From Christensenella sp. (GTDB taxonomy: Bacteria; Bacillota; Clostridia; Christensenellales; UBA3700): 64,000 bases of DNA. The stretch spans positions 27,230 to 91,229 of the forward strand of contig JALFUR010000011.1 in the NCBI GenBank assembly GCA_022784465.1. Direction: 5' to 3'. Numbering within the stretch: the stretch's first letter is position 1; each line of letters opens with the position of its first letter. Positions 1 to 12,286 of the stretch are shown here, piece after piece. The notes beneath the pieces were generated by a model. The model was not told the DNA's origin. It saw only the letters and a list, made by a program, of their open reading frames with translations, and did not search any database. The translations under genes and the position numbers were made by a program.

Positions 1-703
1 GGATAGCGTTGTATTAGACGATTTAATTGGATACGAAATTCAAAAGAAGAAACTTGTAGATAATACAGAGAGCTTTATCAACGGAAATAAGGCTAATAAC
101 TGCTTACTATTTGGCGATTCAGGCACAGGTAAATCTACATCAATTAAGGCAATAATAAATCAATATTATCCTAGTGGATTGAGAATGATTGAAATATACA
201 AACATCAATTTAAGGATTTATCTAATATAATTGCTAAGATAAAAAATAGAAATTATAAGTTCATTATATATATGGATGACTTGTCTTTTGAAGAGTTTGA
301 AACTGAATACAAGTTCTTAAAAGCAGTTATTGAAGGTGGAGTTGAAACTAAACCGGATAATGTGCTTATCTATGCAACGTCTAATAGAAGACATCTAATA
401 AAAGAAAACTGGAATGATAGAGATGATATGAATAATGATGGTGAAATTCATAAGTCAGATACTATGGAAGAAAAGTTATCTTTAGTAAATAGATTTGGCG
501 TAACAATTTCTTATTCAAAGCCAACTCCTAGCGAATATTTTAATATAGTCCTTGAACTTGCAAAAAGAAACAATCTTAAGTCAAGCGAGGAAGAAATTAA
601 GAGAGAAGCTAACAAGTGGGAATTAAGTCATGGTGGAATTTCAGGTAGAACAGCGCAACAATTCATCAATTATATGATTGGTGTAGAAAAAATAGAAAAA
701 TAA
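1..703 (+). CDS. DUF815-family AAA+ ATP-binding protein (5' truncated by window edge)
   Basis: Frame 2 is open from base 2 through the 179..703 ORF; Walker [11 protein letters not shown], Walker [15 protein letters not shown] motif. Confidence 0.85.
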   Translation, partial: DSVVLDDLIGYEIQKKKLVDNTESFINGNKANNCLLFGDSGTGKSTSIKAIINQYYPSGLRMIEIYKHQFKDLSNIIAKIKNRNYKFIIYMDDLSFEEFETEYKFLKAVIEGGVETKPDNVLIYATSNRRHLIKENWNDRDDMNNDGEIHKSDTMEEKLSLVNRFGVTISYSKPTPSEYFNIVLELAKRNNLKSSEEEIKREANKWELSHGGISGRTAQQFINYMIGVEKIEK

Positions 704-1750
<1,047 letters not shown>

Positions 1751-1761
1751 TAAATAATAGA

Positions 1762-1794
1762 TATATAAAGGTAAGGTTTTCTTGCCTTTATATA
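1762..1794 (+). other. 14-bp stem-loop between ilvC and ilvD, no U-tract
   Basis: TATATAAAGGTAAG-gtttt-CTTGCCTTTATATA, one G-U pair. Confidence 0.6.
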
Positions 1795-1807
1795 ATTGGA
1801 GGAGACA

Positions 1808-3466
1808 ATGAAGAGTGATGCAATAAAAATCGGAGCATCTAGAGTTCCTAATCGTTCATTATTTAAAGCGATGGGATATACAGATGAAGAAATTGCTAAA
1901 CCCCTTGTTGCCGTTGTATCGGCAAAGAGCGAAATAGTACCAGGACATATGCATCTTGATACTATTGTTGAAGCTGTTAAAAAAGGAATAATTGCTGCGG
2001 GTGGTACACCTATTGAAATTCCAACTATTGGTGTTTGCGATGGAATAGCAATGGGTCATGTAGGAATGAAATATTCTCTTTGCACAAGAGAATTAATTGC
2101 TGATTCAGTAGAATGTATGGCTACAGCGCACGCTTTTGATGCAATGGTATTAGTTCCAAACTGCGATAAAATTGTTCCTGGTATGCTTATGGGCGCATTG
2201 AGAATGAACTTGCCAACAGTAGTTTGTTCAGGCGGTCCTATGCTAGCAGGAAATTTAAATGGCAAAAAGATCAATTTATCTGTTACTTTTGAGGCTGTTG
2301 GAGCATATAATGCAGGAAAGATCACAGAAGAAGAGTTAAAGCAATATGAAAACAATGCATGTCCAGGATGCGGTTCTTGCTCTGGAATGTATACTGCAAA
2401 CTCAATGAACTGTATGTGTGAAGTGCTTGGCATTGCGCTTCCTGGTAATGGAACAATCCCAGCAGTATCTGGAGAAAGAGTAAGACTTGCTAAAGAAGCA
2501 GGAAAGCAAGTAATGGAAATGTATAATAAAGGAATTAAGATTAAAGATATTGTTAATGAAAAGTCCTTAATTAATGCATTGACTATGGATATGGCCCTTG
2601 GTTGTTCTACAAATACTATGCTTCATTTGCCAGCTATTGCTCATGAAGCTGGATGCCATTTAAATTTGGATATTGCAAATGAGATTTCTATGAGAACTCC
2701 AAATCTCTGTCACTTAGCACCAGCAGGTCCAACTCATATGGAAGATTTACATTTAGCTGGTGGTGTTCAAGCCGTAATGAAAGAGATTTCTAAACTTGGT
2801 TTGCTAGATACAAAGTTGTTAACAGTAACAGGAAATACAATAGAAGAGAATTTATCTAAGGTTGTAAATAAAGATCCTGATGTAATTAAGCATGTTGAAA
2901 CACCATATTCTAAGACTGGTGGTATTGCAGTATTGAAAGGTAATATAGCAATGGATGGTTCTGTTGTAAAAAGAAGTGCCGTTGCTACAGAGATGCTTTC
3001 GCATACTGGAAAAGCAAGAGTATTTGATTCTGAAGAAGAAGCTAATGAAGCAATTTTAGCAGGTAAGATTAAACCAGGCGATGTTGTTGTAATTAGATAT
3101 GAAGGACCAAAGGGCGGACCTGGAATGAGAGAAATGCTATTTGCTACAGCTTGTTTAGCCGGAATGGGATTAGACAAGTCAGTTGCTTTAATTACAGATG
3201 GAAGATTCTCAGGAGCTACACGTGGAGCAGCTATTGGGCACGTTTCGCCAGAAGCTGCAGAAGGCGGTAATATTGCTTTGATTGAAGATGGGGATTTAAT
3301 TGAAATAGATATTAATAATTATAAATTAAATCTTCTTGTTGATGATAAGACTTTAGCAGAAAGAAGAGCAAAATGGAAAAAGCCTGATTTGAAGATAAAG
3401 ACAGGATATTTGGCTAGATATGCTAATCAAGTTACATCAGCATCTTCTGGTGCTATATTTAAATAA
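1808..3466 (+). CDS. ilvD: Dihydroxy-acid dehydratase
   Basis: [39 protein letters not shown]; ATG 1808 after GGAGGAG. Confidence 0.97.
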   Translation: MKSDAIKIGASRVPNRSLFKAMGYTDEEIAKPLVAVVSAKSEIVPGHMHLDTIVEAVKKGIIAAGGTPIEIPTIGVCDGIAMGHVGMKYSLCTRELIADSVECMATAHAFDAMVLVPNCDKIVPGMLMGALRMNLPTVVCSGGPMLAGNLNGKKINLSVTFEAVGAYNAGKITEEELKQYENNACPGCGSCSGMYTANSMNCMCEVLGIALPGNGTIPAVSGERVRLAKEAGKQVMEMYNKGIKIKDIVNEKSLINALTMDMALGCSTNTMLHLPAIAHEAGCHLNLDIANEISMRTPNLCHLAPAGPTHMEDLHLAGGVQAVMKEISKLGLLDTKLLTVTGNTIEENLSKVVNKDPDVIKHVETPYSKTGGIAVLKGNIAMDGSVVKRSAVATEMLSHTGKARVFDSEEEANEAILAGKIKPGDVVVIRYEGPKGGPGMREMLFATACLAGMGLDKSVALITDGRFSGATRGAAIGHVSPEAAEGGNIALIEDGDLIEIDINNYKLNLLVDDKTLAERRAKWKKPDLKIKTGYLARYANQVTSASSGAIFK

Positions 3467-3485
3467 AAAAAATAATAACATTTAT

Positions 3486-3524
3486 AAATGGGGTAAAAAA
3501 TAGTACTTTTACTCCATTTTTTTT
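3486..3524 (+). terminator. Intrinsic terminator of ilvCD
   Basis: AAATGGGGTAAAA...TTTTACTCCATTT followed by a T run. Confidence 0.75.
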
Positions 3525-3564
3525 GTTATAATTACTTTGATATTTATATATACAGAGGAAAAAT

Positions 3565-4404
3565 ATGAAGTACATTTTATATAATCCATTATCTAATAAT
3601 GGAAAAGGTGAACTTGCACTTAAGCAATTGCAAGAAATATATAAAGATGAAGAAGTAACTGAGCAATCTATTATCAATTTAGATTTAAAGAGTTTTGTTA
3701 GTTCTTTAAAAGAAGACGATGAGATTGTTATAACAGGCGGAGATGGAACCATCCATTGCTTTATTAATGAATTAGATGGAGTTTGTCCAAGCAATAAAGT
3801 TTGGTATTACGCCTCAGGATCTGGAAATGACTTTTGTAAGGATATTGGCAAAAAGAAGGGTGACATAATCCTTTTAAATGAGTATTTAGTTAACTTGCCT
3901 TATTGTATAGTTAATGGAATAAAAAAATATTTTATAGATAATATTGGCTATGGTATAGATGGCTATGTTTGTGAAGAAGCAGATAAAATTAAAAAAAGAT
4001 CTTCAAAGCCAATAAATTATACAATGATTGCATTAAAAGGATTATTGTTCTTTTTCAAAAGAAAGAAAGTTAAGTTGATAGTTGATGGGGTTGAACATAA
4101 TTTTGAACAAGCTTGGTTTGCTCCAACAATGCATGGAAGATATTTTGGTGGTGGCATGAAAGTTGCTCCTGATCAAAAAAGAAATACAGGAATGTTGTCT
4201 ACGATTATATTCTCATGCAAGAGCAAATTGAAAACATTATTTATTTTCCCAGAGATTTTTAAAGGAACACATGTGTTTCATACAAAAAACTGTTTTGTAT
4301 TTACAGGAAAAGATATAGAAGTTACATTTAATGAGCCTTGTGCTTTGCAAATCGATGGAGAAACATATTTAAATGTAACAGGATATAAAGCTCATATAGA
4401 TTAA
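3565..4404 (+). CDS. Diacylglycerol/lipid kinase family protein
   Basis: YNPLS, GGDGT, SGSGNDF, GRYFGGG, QIDGE motifs. Confidence 0.88.
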   Translation: MKYILYNPLSNNGKGELALKQLQEIYKDEEVTEQSIINLDLKSFVSSLKEDDEIVITGGDGTIHCFINELDGVCPSNKVWYYASGSGNDFCKDIGKKKGDIILLNEYLVNLPYCIVNGIKKYFIDNIGYGIDGYVCEEADKIKKRSSKPINYTMIALKGLLFFFKRKKVKLIVDGVEHNFEQAWFAPTMHGRYFGGGMKVAPDQKRNTGMLSTIIFSCKSKLKTLFIFPEIFKGTHVFHTKNCFVFTGKDIEVTFNEPCALQIDGETYLNVTGYKAHID

Positions 4405-4423
4405 AAAAACATCAAAAAAGATA

Positions 4424-4452
4424 TTGACAAATATACCCGGTGGGGGTATATT
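4424..4452 (+). promoter_or_regulatory. Sigma-A promoter with CsoR-type operator
   Basis: TTGACA 4424-4429, 17 bp, TATATT 4447-4452; palindrome ATATACCC-GGTGG-GGGTATAT (4431-4451) with C/G tracts typical of CsoR operators. Confidence 0.85.
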
Positions 4453-4472
4453 TTTTTGTGCGAGAGGTTATT

Positions 4473-4766
4473 ATGGAAAAATGTAATTGTAAAAAAATAA
4501 AGAAAAGAACAGAAGAAGAAAAAAAGAAGCTTGAAAGCAGAATTAATAGAATTAGTGGACAACTTAATGGTATTAAGAAAATGATTGATGAAGATAGATA
4601 TTGTGACGATATATTAATACAATTATCTGCTATTGATAAATCTATTAAGAGTTTAGCAAATACAATTTTAGATGACCATATTCATAGTTGCGTAATAGAT
4701 AACGTTCAAAAAGGAAACACTGAAGTGTTAGATGAGATTGTTGATCTATTTAGGAGGTTTCAATGA
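4473..4766 (+). CDS. csoR: CsoR-family copper-sensing repressor
   Basis: RINRISGQLNGIKKMI, YCDDILIQ, HIHSC (Cys-His-Cys ligands); coupled to copA. Confidence 0.92.
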   Translation: MEKCNCKKIKKRTEEEKKKLESRINRISGQLNGIKKMIDEDRYCDDILIQLSAIDKSIKSLANTILDDHIHSCVIDNVQKGNTEVLDEIVDLFRRFQ

Positions 4767-7207
4767 AATACAAATGCGATATTGAAGGAATGAGTTGTGC
4801 TTCATGTCAAGCTCATGTTCAAAATGCAGTTGAGAAAATAAAAGGATGCAGTGAAGTTAATGTTAATTTGCTTCAAAATACTTTAACTGTTGAGATTGAT
4901 GAAACAATGACATCAATTGATGCGGTTAATAAGGCTGTAGAAGATGCAGGATATAAAGTAGCAACTAAAAAAACAATAGAGATTGAGGATAAAAAACCAT
5001 TATATAAACTTATCTTTTGCTGTATAGATTTGCTTGTTATAATGTATTTTTCTATGGGAAATATGATGTTGGGTTTCCCAGTGTTTGATATTGTAGATAT
5101 GGAGAAATCTCCACTTGGATTTGCATTAATACAATTTATATTATTGATTCCAATTGTAATTATATATAGACAATATTTTATAAATGGATTTAAGCAACTT
5201 TTTAAGAAAAATCCTAATATGGATACTCTTATTGCCATTGGGGCGCTAGCATCAATTGTATATGGAATAGTATGTATTATTATGATAGCGATTGGAAGAG
5301 TTGAATATCATATGTATTTATATTTTGAATCAGCTGCCATGATATTAACCCTTGTATCATTAGGAAAATATTTGGAATTATTATCTAAAAAAAGAGCTAC
5401 AAAAGAATTTACAAAGTTAATTAACTTAGCACCTAAACAAGCAGTTATATTAAAAGATGGGCAAGAAGAAATTATTAATGTAGACAAGATTAATGTTGGA
5501 GATGTTATTATTGCAAAAAAGGGTGAAGCTATTCCAATTGATGGCACAATAATAGAAGGTGGCGCAAGCATTGATCAATCAAATATCACAGGTGAAGCAA
5601 TTCCTGTGTACAAAGCAAAAGATGAGCAAGTTTTTTCATCAACAATTGTAAATTCTGGATATATCAAAATAAGAGCAGATAAGGTTTTTAAAGATAGTTC
5701 AATTGCACAAATAATTAGTTTGGTTGAAGAAGCATCAAACTCAAAAGCTCCTATATCTAAACTAGCAGATAAAGTATCAAAAGTTTTTGTGCCAATTATA
5801 ATGGTGATTGCAGTGCTTTCTTTTGTTGTAAATTATCTAATCTTAAAAGATCTTGAGCAAGCTTTAAACTGCGCAATAACAGTTTTAGTTATTGCTTGTC
5901 CTTGTGCGCTAGGACTTGCAACGCCTGTAGCTATTATGGTAGGAAGTGGCAAAGCAGCAGAAAATGGCATGCTTGTAAAAAACGCAGAAATATTTGAAAG
6001 AGCACATAATGTTTCAACCGTATTATTAGATAAAACGGGAACTATTACAAAGGGCAAACCACAAGTAACAGACTATGTTTGTTTTGATGATAATGATTAT
6101 TTGGATATTATTTATTCGATAGAAAATAAAAGCGAGCATCCTTTAGCTCAAGCAATAATTGAATATTCAATAAGTAAATCAGCAAATTTAGTTGAAATAA
6201 ATAATTTTGAATCAATTGATGGGCAAGGATTAAAGGCAGAGTATCTTGGACATGAATACAAAATTGGTAATTCAAAACTTGTAGATTGCTCGTCGCACAA
6301 AGAAGATATTGAAAAAATGTCAAAAGAAGGGAAAACTCCATTAATGATCGCAAAAGACAATCAAATAATTGGTGTGATTGCAATATTTGATGAAATTAAA
6401 GAATCTTCTAAAATGGCTATAGAAGGATTAAAAAAGGCTGGAATAAAAGTTATAATGGTTACAGGAGATAATGAAACTACAGCTAACCTTATTGCTTCAA
6501 AAGTTGGAATTGACGAAGTGTATGCTAATGTAAATCCAATGGAAAAACAAAAAATAATAAATGAGGTGAAACAAAAATATAAAGGTGTTGTTGCTATGGT
6601 TGGAGATGGAGTAAATGACGCACCAGCACTATCTTGTGCGGATTTGTCTATAGCAATAGGAGCAGGTTCAGATATAGCAAAAGAATCTTCGGATATTATT
6701 CTTGTTAAAAATGATTTATTAGATGTAGTAAATGTAATTAATCTAAGTAAAAAAACCTTAAATACAATAAAAAGAGGTTTGTTCTGGGCTTTCTTTTATA
6801 ATAGTATTTGTGTAATTTTATCAACTGGACTTTTATATTATGTATCTAATGGAACACTTAATATGAATCCTATGATTGGTTCGCTTGCCATGAGTTTATC
6901 TAGTGTGTCTGTAGTATTAAATGCGTTAACAATAAAAGGGTTTAAACCTATAAAAATAAATAAAGAGGAGAAGAATTGTAGTATGAAAAAGATTGTAGTA
7001 AATGTAGATGGAATGATGTGTGCTATGTGTGAAAAACACGTAATTGAATCTGTTGGAAAAGTTTCTGGTGTAATTAGTGTTACAGCATCTCATGAAGCAA
7101 AACAAGTAGTTGTAGAATGCGTAGAAGATATTGATTGCAAAAATATTAAGCAAGCAATAGAAAGCCAAGGCTACAAAGTATTAGGATGCTCTAATAAAGG
7201 TTGCTAA
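4763..7207 (+). CDS. copA: Copper-translocating P1B-type ATPase with N- and C-terminal HMA domains
   Basis: GMSCASC, CPCALGLATP, DKTGT, SEHPL, TGDN, GDGVND, C-terminal GMMCAMC. Confidence 0.95.
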   Translation: MKYKCDIEGMSCASCQAHVQNAVEKIKGCSEVNVNLLQNTLTVEIDETMTSIDAVNKAVEDAGYKVATKKTIEIEDKKPLYKLIFCCIDLLVIMYFSMGNMMLGFPVFDIVDMEKSPLGFALIQFILLIPIVIIYRQYFINGFKQLFKKNPNMDTLIAIGALASIVYGIVCIIMIAIGRVEYHMYLYFESAAMILTLVSLGKYLELLSKKRATKEFTKLINLAPKQAVILKDGQEEIINVDKINVGDVIIAKKGEAIPIDGTIIEGGASIDQSNITGEAIPVYKAKDEQVFSSTIVNSGYIKIRADKVFKDSSIAQIISLVEEASNSKAPISKLADKVSKVFVPIIMVIAVLSFVVNYLILKDLEQALNCAITVLVIACPCALGLATPVAIMVGSGKAAENGMLVKNAEIFERAHNVSTVLLDKTGTITKGKPQVTDYVCFDDNDYLDIIYSIENKSEHPLAQAIIEYSISKSANLVEINNFESIDGQGLKAEYLGHEYKIGNSKLVDCSSHKEDIEKMSKEGKTPLMIAKDNQIIGVIAIFDEIKESSKMAIEGLKKAGIKVIMVTGDNETTANLIASKVGIDEVYANVNPMEKQKIINEVKQKYKGVVAMVGDGVNDAPALSCADLSIAIGAGSDIAKESSDIILVKNDLLDVVNVINLSKKTLNTIKRGLFWAFFYNSICVILSTGLLYYVSNGTLNMNPMIGSLAMSLSSVSVVLNALTIKGFKPIKINKEEKNCSMKKIVVNVDGMMCAMCEKHVIESVGKVSGVISVTASHEAKQVVVECVEDIDCKNIKQAIESQGYKVLGCSNKGC

Positions 7208-7276
7208 ACACGCTTAAGCATAATCTTCTTGATTAGATATTTATTATTTTATAAAATAATAGAGATTAAGGAGATT

Positions 7277-9100
7277 ATGAAAAAAGCATTAATTATACTA
7301 TTTATATTTGCGACAATACTATGTTGTGGATTTTTAATGTCTTGCAATCAAACGCGCATTGAAGATATGGTTGACATTAGCATTGTAAAATTGCCAGACA
7401 AATTAGAATATCAATTTGGTGAAGAATTAAATATAGATGGTATAGAAGTTCATCTAAACTATAAAAAAGCCGATCCTAAAATATTGAGCAAAGATGAGTT
7501 CGTCGTACTTGGATATGATGCTCAAAAAGAGGGAGATCAAACTTTAGAAGTAGTTTATAAAGCTGAAGATGATGATTATCAAATAGAATTTAAAAAATAT
7601 TTTCAAGTAAAAGTATATCCTTTAAAAGGAGATTTATATTTTGTAGAGGACTTTTGCCTAGATAAAGTATATGATGGCAAGAGCGTTTTAATCACAGAAA
7701 ACGATTATATAAAAAATAGCACAGCAGATATTCAAATAGTTTGGTATCAAGGAAAGACATTACTTTCAAATGCTCCTAAAAATGTAGGGAAATATAAGGC
7801 TGAGATTTCAGTTCCAAGCGTAGAGGGCTTTGAATCCGCAAGCGCTTCGATTGAATTTGAAATATCCCCAAGAGAATTAGAAGTTGTATGGGTAGGCGAA
7901 AACGGAAACAATGAAGATTTTGATTTTACCTATACAGGAGATTTTGTTTCTCCAACTCCTACTGTAGATACGTCAGAGTTTGGGGAAAAAGTATTTTTAG
8001 TGAATGATGGCAGCTACGCCGAAGTTGGAGATAATTATTCTTCTATTTGCAGAATGATGGTTCCAAACTCTAATTATATTTTACGTAATACTACATGTTA
8101 TTTTAATATCGTAAAAGCAAGTAGCAATGTGCAGTTTTATTCAGATGCGGTTTTTGAAAAAACTTTTGATAACCAAGAAGCACAAATGAGCGAATATCAA
8201 TATGATGGAGATGGAGACGTTGAAATAAAATGGTATAAAAATGGTGAATTATTAAATACATCTCCAATTAATTCGGGCAAATATGTTGTCGAGGTTTTTG
8301 TTAATGAAACAAGTAGCTTTATATCATCAAGTGTAAAACACGAGTATGTAATATCTAAAAAACAAGTAGAGATAAATTGGTATGGAGAGGGCGATTCTCT
8401 AGACGATTTTGATTGGGTTTATTCAAATAGCGAGATTTGTCCTAGTGCTAATTGTAATTTGGTTTTAGGTTTTAATTTAGATATTAATGTAAGTGGAAGC
8501 GCAATAAATGCAGGAGAGTATATTGCACACGCTTCTATCTTAAATGATACATATAATAATTTTCAGATTGTAAATAGCACAAAGAACTTTGTTATTTCAA
8601 AAGCAGATTATGATATGAGTGGAATTACATTTGTAGATGAGACAAAACCTTATACAAAGGAAGTTCAATCCTTGGCAATTTCAGGGGCCCTTCCAGTAGG
8701 GTTAGATGGAATTGGTGTAACTGTTCAATATGAAGGCAAAACAAAAGATGCTGGAACATCATGTCAAGTTAGAGCAATATTCTCAACTCAATCTACAAAC
8801 TATAATATTCCTGTAGAAATGACAGCAAATTTAACAATTTCTAAAGCGGATAGAGAACTTAAAAAAAGTTCAGATGAAAGTATAGAATCAAATAGCGTAA
8901 GTGTAGCCTATATAAAAAGCATTTTAGTATATGAACAAGAAGATGCGGTATTGTTATTATCTGTAGATGGTGGAGAATTCGTAGAAGAAGATAGTTTTGT
9001 ATATTCTGAAGGAGCAAGTATTGAGGTTAAAATTAAGGAGAGTGCAAATTATAAAGAGAGTAATTCTGTAACAATTACCCTCTTAATAAGCGAGGTATAG
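7277..9100 (+). CDS. Surface lipoprotein with Ig-like and repeated MBG-like domains
   Basis: Signal peptide with lipobox LMSC; KLPDKLEYQFGEELN Ig-like motif; internal repeats (YDGK..WY..G..LL..P.N.GKY); ATG 7277 after AAGGAG. Confidence 0.65.
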   Translation: MKKALIILFIFATILCCGFLMSCNQTRIEDMVDISIVKLPDKLEYQFGEELNIDGIEVHLNYKKADPKILSKDEFVVLGYDAQKEGDQTLEVVYKAEDDDYQIEFKKYFQVKVYPLKGDLYFVEDFCLDKVYDGKSVLITENDYIKNSTADIQIVWYQGKTLLSNAPKNVGKYKAEISVPSVEGFESASASIEFEISPRELEVVWVGENGNNEDFDFTYTGDFVSPTPTVDTSEFGEKVFLVNDGSYAEVGDNYSSICRMMVPNSNYILRNTTCYFNIVKASSNVQFYSDAVFEKTFDNQEAQMSEYQYDGDGDVEIKWYKNGELLNTSPINSGKYVVEVFVNETSSFISSSVKHEYVISKKQVEINWYGEGDSLDDFDWVYSNSEICPSANCNLVLGFNLDINVSGSAINAGEYIAHASILNDTYNNFQIVNSTKNFVISKADYDMSGITFVDETKPYTKEVQSLAISGALPVGLDGIGVTVQYEGKTKDAGTSCQVRAIFSTQSTNYNIPVEMTANLTISKADRELKKSSDESIESNSVSVAYIKSILVYEQEDAVLLLSVDGGEFVEEDSFVYSEGASIEVKIKESANYKESNSVTITLLISEV

Positions 9101-9101
9101 T

Positions 9102-9941
9102 ATGTTTGATAATTTTGTATTAAATAATGGGAAATTAATACCAAAGGTGGGCTTTGGAACTTGGAGAATTCCAAGTGGAGATGAGACATTTAATGCAGTA
9201 ACAAATGCAATAAATGTTGGTTATACGTTAATTGATACGGCCAAGGTTTATAATAATGAGGCAAGTGTTGGCTTGGCAATAAAAGAGTGTAATAAAAAAA
9301 GAGAAGATTTATATATAACAACAAAACTTTGGAACTCGGACAGAGGGTATGATTCAACTTTATATGCTTTTGACGAATCTATGAAAAAGTTACAATTGGA
9401 TTATTTGGATTTATATTTGATTCATTGGCCAGCATCTTTTCATAAATTTGACAATTGGGAACAAATAAATGTGGACACGTTTAAAGCTATGATTAGACTA
9501 TATAAAGAAGGAAGAGTAAAAGCAATTGGACTTTCTAATTTCTTACCTCATCATACAAGGGCTTTAATGGATTTAGAAGTTAGGCCAATGTTAGATCAAT
9601 TAGAGATACATCCAGGTTATATGCAAAAAGAGGCAGTTGAGTGGTGTCAAAGCAATGATATTGTTGTTGAAGCATGGAGTCCTCTTGGTGCAGGAAAAAT
9701 GCTTAATAACCAATCTTTAATAGATATAGCAAACAAGTACAATAAAACGGTTGCACAATTATGTTTAAGATGGTGTTATCAGCATTCAATATTGCCTTTA
9801 ACAAGAACGACAAAGTTGGATAGAATGAAAGAAAATGCGGATATACTAGATTTCAATATATCCGATGAAGATATGAAATATATAGACAACATGAAATACT
9901 TTGCAGGCTCTGGTAATCATCCAGACACTTTGGAGGATTAA
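9102..9941 (+). CDS. Aldo/keto reductase
   Basis: VGFGTW, IDTAKVYNNE, TTKLWN, DLYLIHWP, IGLSNF, AWSPLG. Confidence 0.95.
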   Translation: MFDNFVLNNGKLIPKVGFGTWRIPSGDETFNAVTNAINVGYTLIDTAKVYNNEASVGLAIKECNKKREDLYITTKLWNSDRGYDSTLYAFDESMKKLQLDYLDLYLIHWPASFHKFDNWEQINVDTFKAMIRLYKEGRVKAIGLSNFLPHHTRALMDLEVRPMLDQLEIHPGYMQKEAVEWCQSNDIVVEAWSPLGAGKMLNNQSLIDIANKYNKTVAQLCLRWCYQHSILPLTRTTKLDRMKENADILDFNISDEDMKYIDNMKYFAGSGNHPDTLED

Positions 9942-11470
9942 TGCTTAAGAAAATAATTTTAATAGCAGTTATTGTAGTACTTGCGGCTGGCATCATTGTT
10001 GGCTCAAGTTTTGGAATAGTTTACGGCGTTGTAAACAAAACTAATGTCAGTGTAAAATTTGATGAAGCTGAGACTTATCAAACATTTACAGGTTTTGGTG
10101 CCTCATCAGCTTGGACATTTAGACCTTTAGGAAGAGATTTTAGCGAAGATGTTCAAAATCAAGTAATTGAATTGCTTTATGGGGAGAGTGGACTTGGTTT
10201 AGACATATTTAGATATAATCTTGGAGGAGGATCAACAGAAGTTGAAGGATGCAATTATGACGATGATAGAAAAGCAGAGTCATTCTTTGATGCTTCAAAA
10301 TTTGTAGACTATTCTTCATTTGCCAATGAAGCAAATTATGATTTTACTAAAGATTCAGCATATGTTTCTATGATGTTAAAATCATTTGAAATGGGAAATA
10401 TCCGTAAACTTGTTATTTTCTCTAATTCGCCACACTATTTAATGACAAAAAATGGCAAGACAAATGGAACTGTTGAATTAGAAAACAATTTAAAAGAAGA
10501 TGCATATGAAGCTTTTTCAGATTATGTTTTAGTATGTGCTAAAAATATAAAGAAAATGTTAGATGATAGAGGCTTTAATGATGTAGAGATTTATTTAAGC
10601 CCAGTAAATGAGCCACAATGGGATTGGGGCGGAGAATATGCTTCTCAAGAAGGATGCCATTACGATCCAGAACCACTTGCTAAGTTCTATGATGTATTTT
10701 ATAAGAAAATGACTGCATTTAATCAAACAAATTCTACAGAATTTAAAATGGACATATATGAGAGTGGTAACTATAAAACAAACCATAGAAAAGCAAAAAA
10801 TAAAGAATATTTAAAAGAATTTGCTAAATATGATTATTTTAATGAAATAGAAGAATTATCAATGCATTCATATGGGGCAGATGATTCTATTAAACACAGA
10901 AATTCTTTTATGAACTATGCTGACAAGATTGATTTAAATAAGAAAATTACAATATCTGAATATTGCGTTATGGAGTGGGGCGTTGATGAATCTGTAGATA
11001 GAGGTATTTTCTCAAGCAAGATAATAATGAGAGACTTGTCTATAATGAATGCTTGTGAATGGTCTTGGTGGCTTGCTCTAGCATATGGCGGATACGAAGA
11101 TGGACTAGTATATTTAGATAAGGAAAGTAATGAAATTACTTTAACATATAGATATTATATGTATAAAAATATTATGGACTATATTGATGTAGGCGATGTA
11201 AGAGTAAAGGCAGAATTATATGATCCATTTGGATGGGGCGGATTAGATACAGTTGCATTTAAAAAGCCAACAGGAGAACTTGTAATTATTGTTTTAAATG
11301 ATTCAGAAAAAGATCGCACACTAACATATGAAGGATTAGATGGATATACTAGCATTAAGAAGGTTTGTACATCAGAGGAAGGCAAACTAGTTGAAAGCGA
11401 AGACAAAGAAATCTCTTCAAAGATGCAATCAAAAGCAAAGAGTATTACAACATATATCTTAAGCAAATAA
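9941..11470 (+). CDS. Membrane-anchored glycoside hydrolase family 30
   Basis: N-terminal TM; FTGFGASSAW, FRYNLGGG, SPVNEPQW acid/base Glu, ISEYC nucleophile Glu. Confidence 0.8.
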   Translation: MLKKIILIAVIVVLAAGIIVGSSFGIVYGVVNKTNVSVKFDEAETYQTFTGFGASSAWTFRPLGRDFSEDVQNQVIELLYGESGLGLDIFRYNLGGGSTEVEGCNYDDDRKAESFFDASKFVDYSSFANEANYDFTKDSAYVSMMLKSFEMGNIRKLVIFSNSPHYLMTKNGKTNGTVELENNLKEDAYEAFSDYVLVCAKNIKKMLDDRGFNDVEIYLSPVNEPQWDWGGEYASQEGCHYDPEPLAKFYDVFYKKMTAFNQTNSTEFKMDIYESGNYKTNHRKAKNKEYLKEFAKYDYFNEIEELSMHSYGADDSIKHRNSFMNYADKIDLNKKITISEYCVMEWGVDESVDRGIFSSKIIMRDLSIMNACEWSWWLALAYGGYEDGLVYLDKESNEITLTYRYYMYKNIMDYIDVGDVRVKAELYDPFGWGGLDTVAFKKPTGELVIIVLNDSEKDRTLTYEGLDGYTSIKKVCTSEEGKLVESEDKEISSKMQSKAKSITTYILSK

Positions 11471-11534
11471 ACGAATTATATATATGGTGCTACTTAGTGT
11501 TTAGCTATATAAGTAGCACCTTTTTTATTGTATA
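11448..11534. repeat. 87-bp direct repeat copy 1 (GH30 3' end plus terminator)
   Basis: 83/87 identical to 13607-13693 by manual alignment. Confidence 0.92.
11486..11526 (+). terminator. Intrinsic terminator
   Basis: GGTGCTACTTA...TAAGTAGCACC followed by T6. Confidence 0.85.
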
Positions 11535-11665
11535 AAAAAATTTTTTCTTTTACAAAGGTGAAAATGGGGATATAGTTATTATATTAATTTTGACTTTTTT
11601 GGTAAATAGTAGTATCATATTAACGAAGATTGAGCATAATATGTCTGTAAAAGGAGGTTAAGTCT

Positions 11666-12286
11666 ATGTTTACCGAAAGAGTTAAAAACAGTTTTGCTAC
11701 GAACGAACCTATATATACGGAAGAAATCATCGGGCTTTTCCCCGATTATTCAAGACCGCAGATCTTCAGGTTTATACGTGAAGCCGAAGAGAAAAAGGAA
11801 ATAGTCAATTTTGCAAAAGGAATATATTATATACCGAGTAATACATTTATAGGTTTGTCCACAATAACGGCAGACTCGGTAATGGCTCGTAGATATTTGA
11901 AATGGAACGGTGAAGTGTTTGGTGTGTACGGAGGATTAAAGCTACAGAATATGTTTTCCGTAACGACGCAAGTTCCAAATATTTATGAAATCGTGTCGAA
12001 CAACGAATCTGCAAAACGAAGAGAAGTAAAGATGGACGGAAGGACGTTTATTTTGCGTAAATCGCGTTTCGAGATCAACAAAGACAATGCAAATGCATAT
12101 ATGATTATGGAGTTGTTTAACAATTTGAACGGCGAGAAAATTGACGAATTTGCAAGTAGACGCCTGATCAATTTTATGCATGAAAAAGGTATTACTAAAG
12201 AGCAGTTGATGGACGTAGCAATGAAGTTTCCGGCAAAAGCTTTAAAAAATCTGATAGGGAGCAAAATATTAAATGAACTTGCATAA
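11666..12286 (+). CDS. AbiEi/DUF6088-like type IV antitoxin (HTH)
   Basis: N-terminal wHTH-like region with GIYYIP, TTQVP motif; overlaps an AbiEii-like gene. Confidence 0.7.
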   Translation: MFTERVKNSFATNEPIYTEEIIGLFPDYSRPQIFRFIREAEEKKEIVNFAKGIYYIPSNTFIGLSTITADSVMARRYLKWNGEVFGVYGGLKLQNMFSVTTQVPNIYEIVSNNESAKRREVKMDGRTFILRKSRFEINKDNANAYMIMELFNNLNGEKIDEFASRRLINFMHEKGITKEQLMDVAMKFPAKALKNLIGSKILNELA

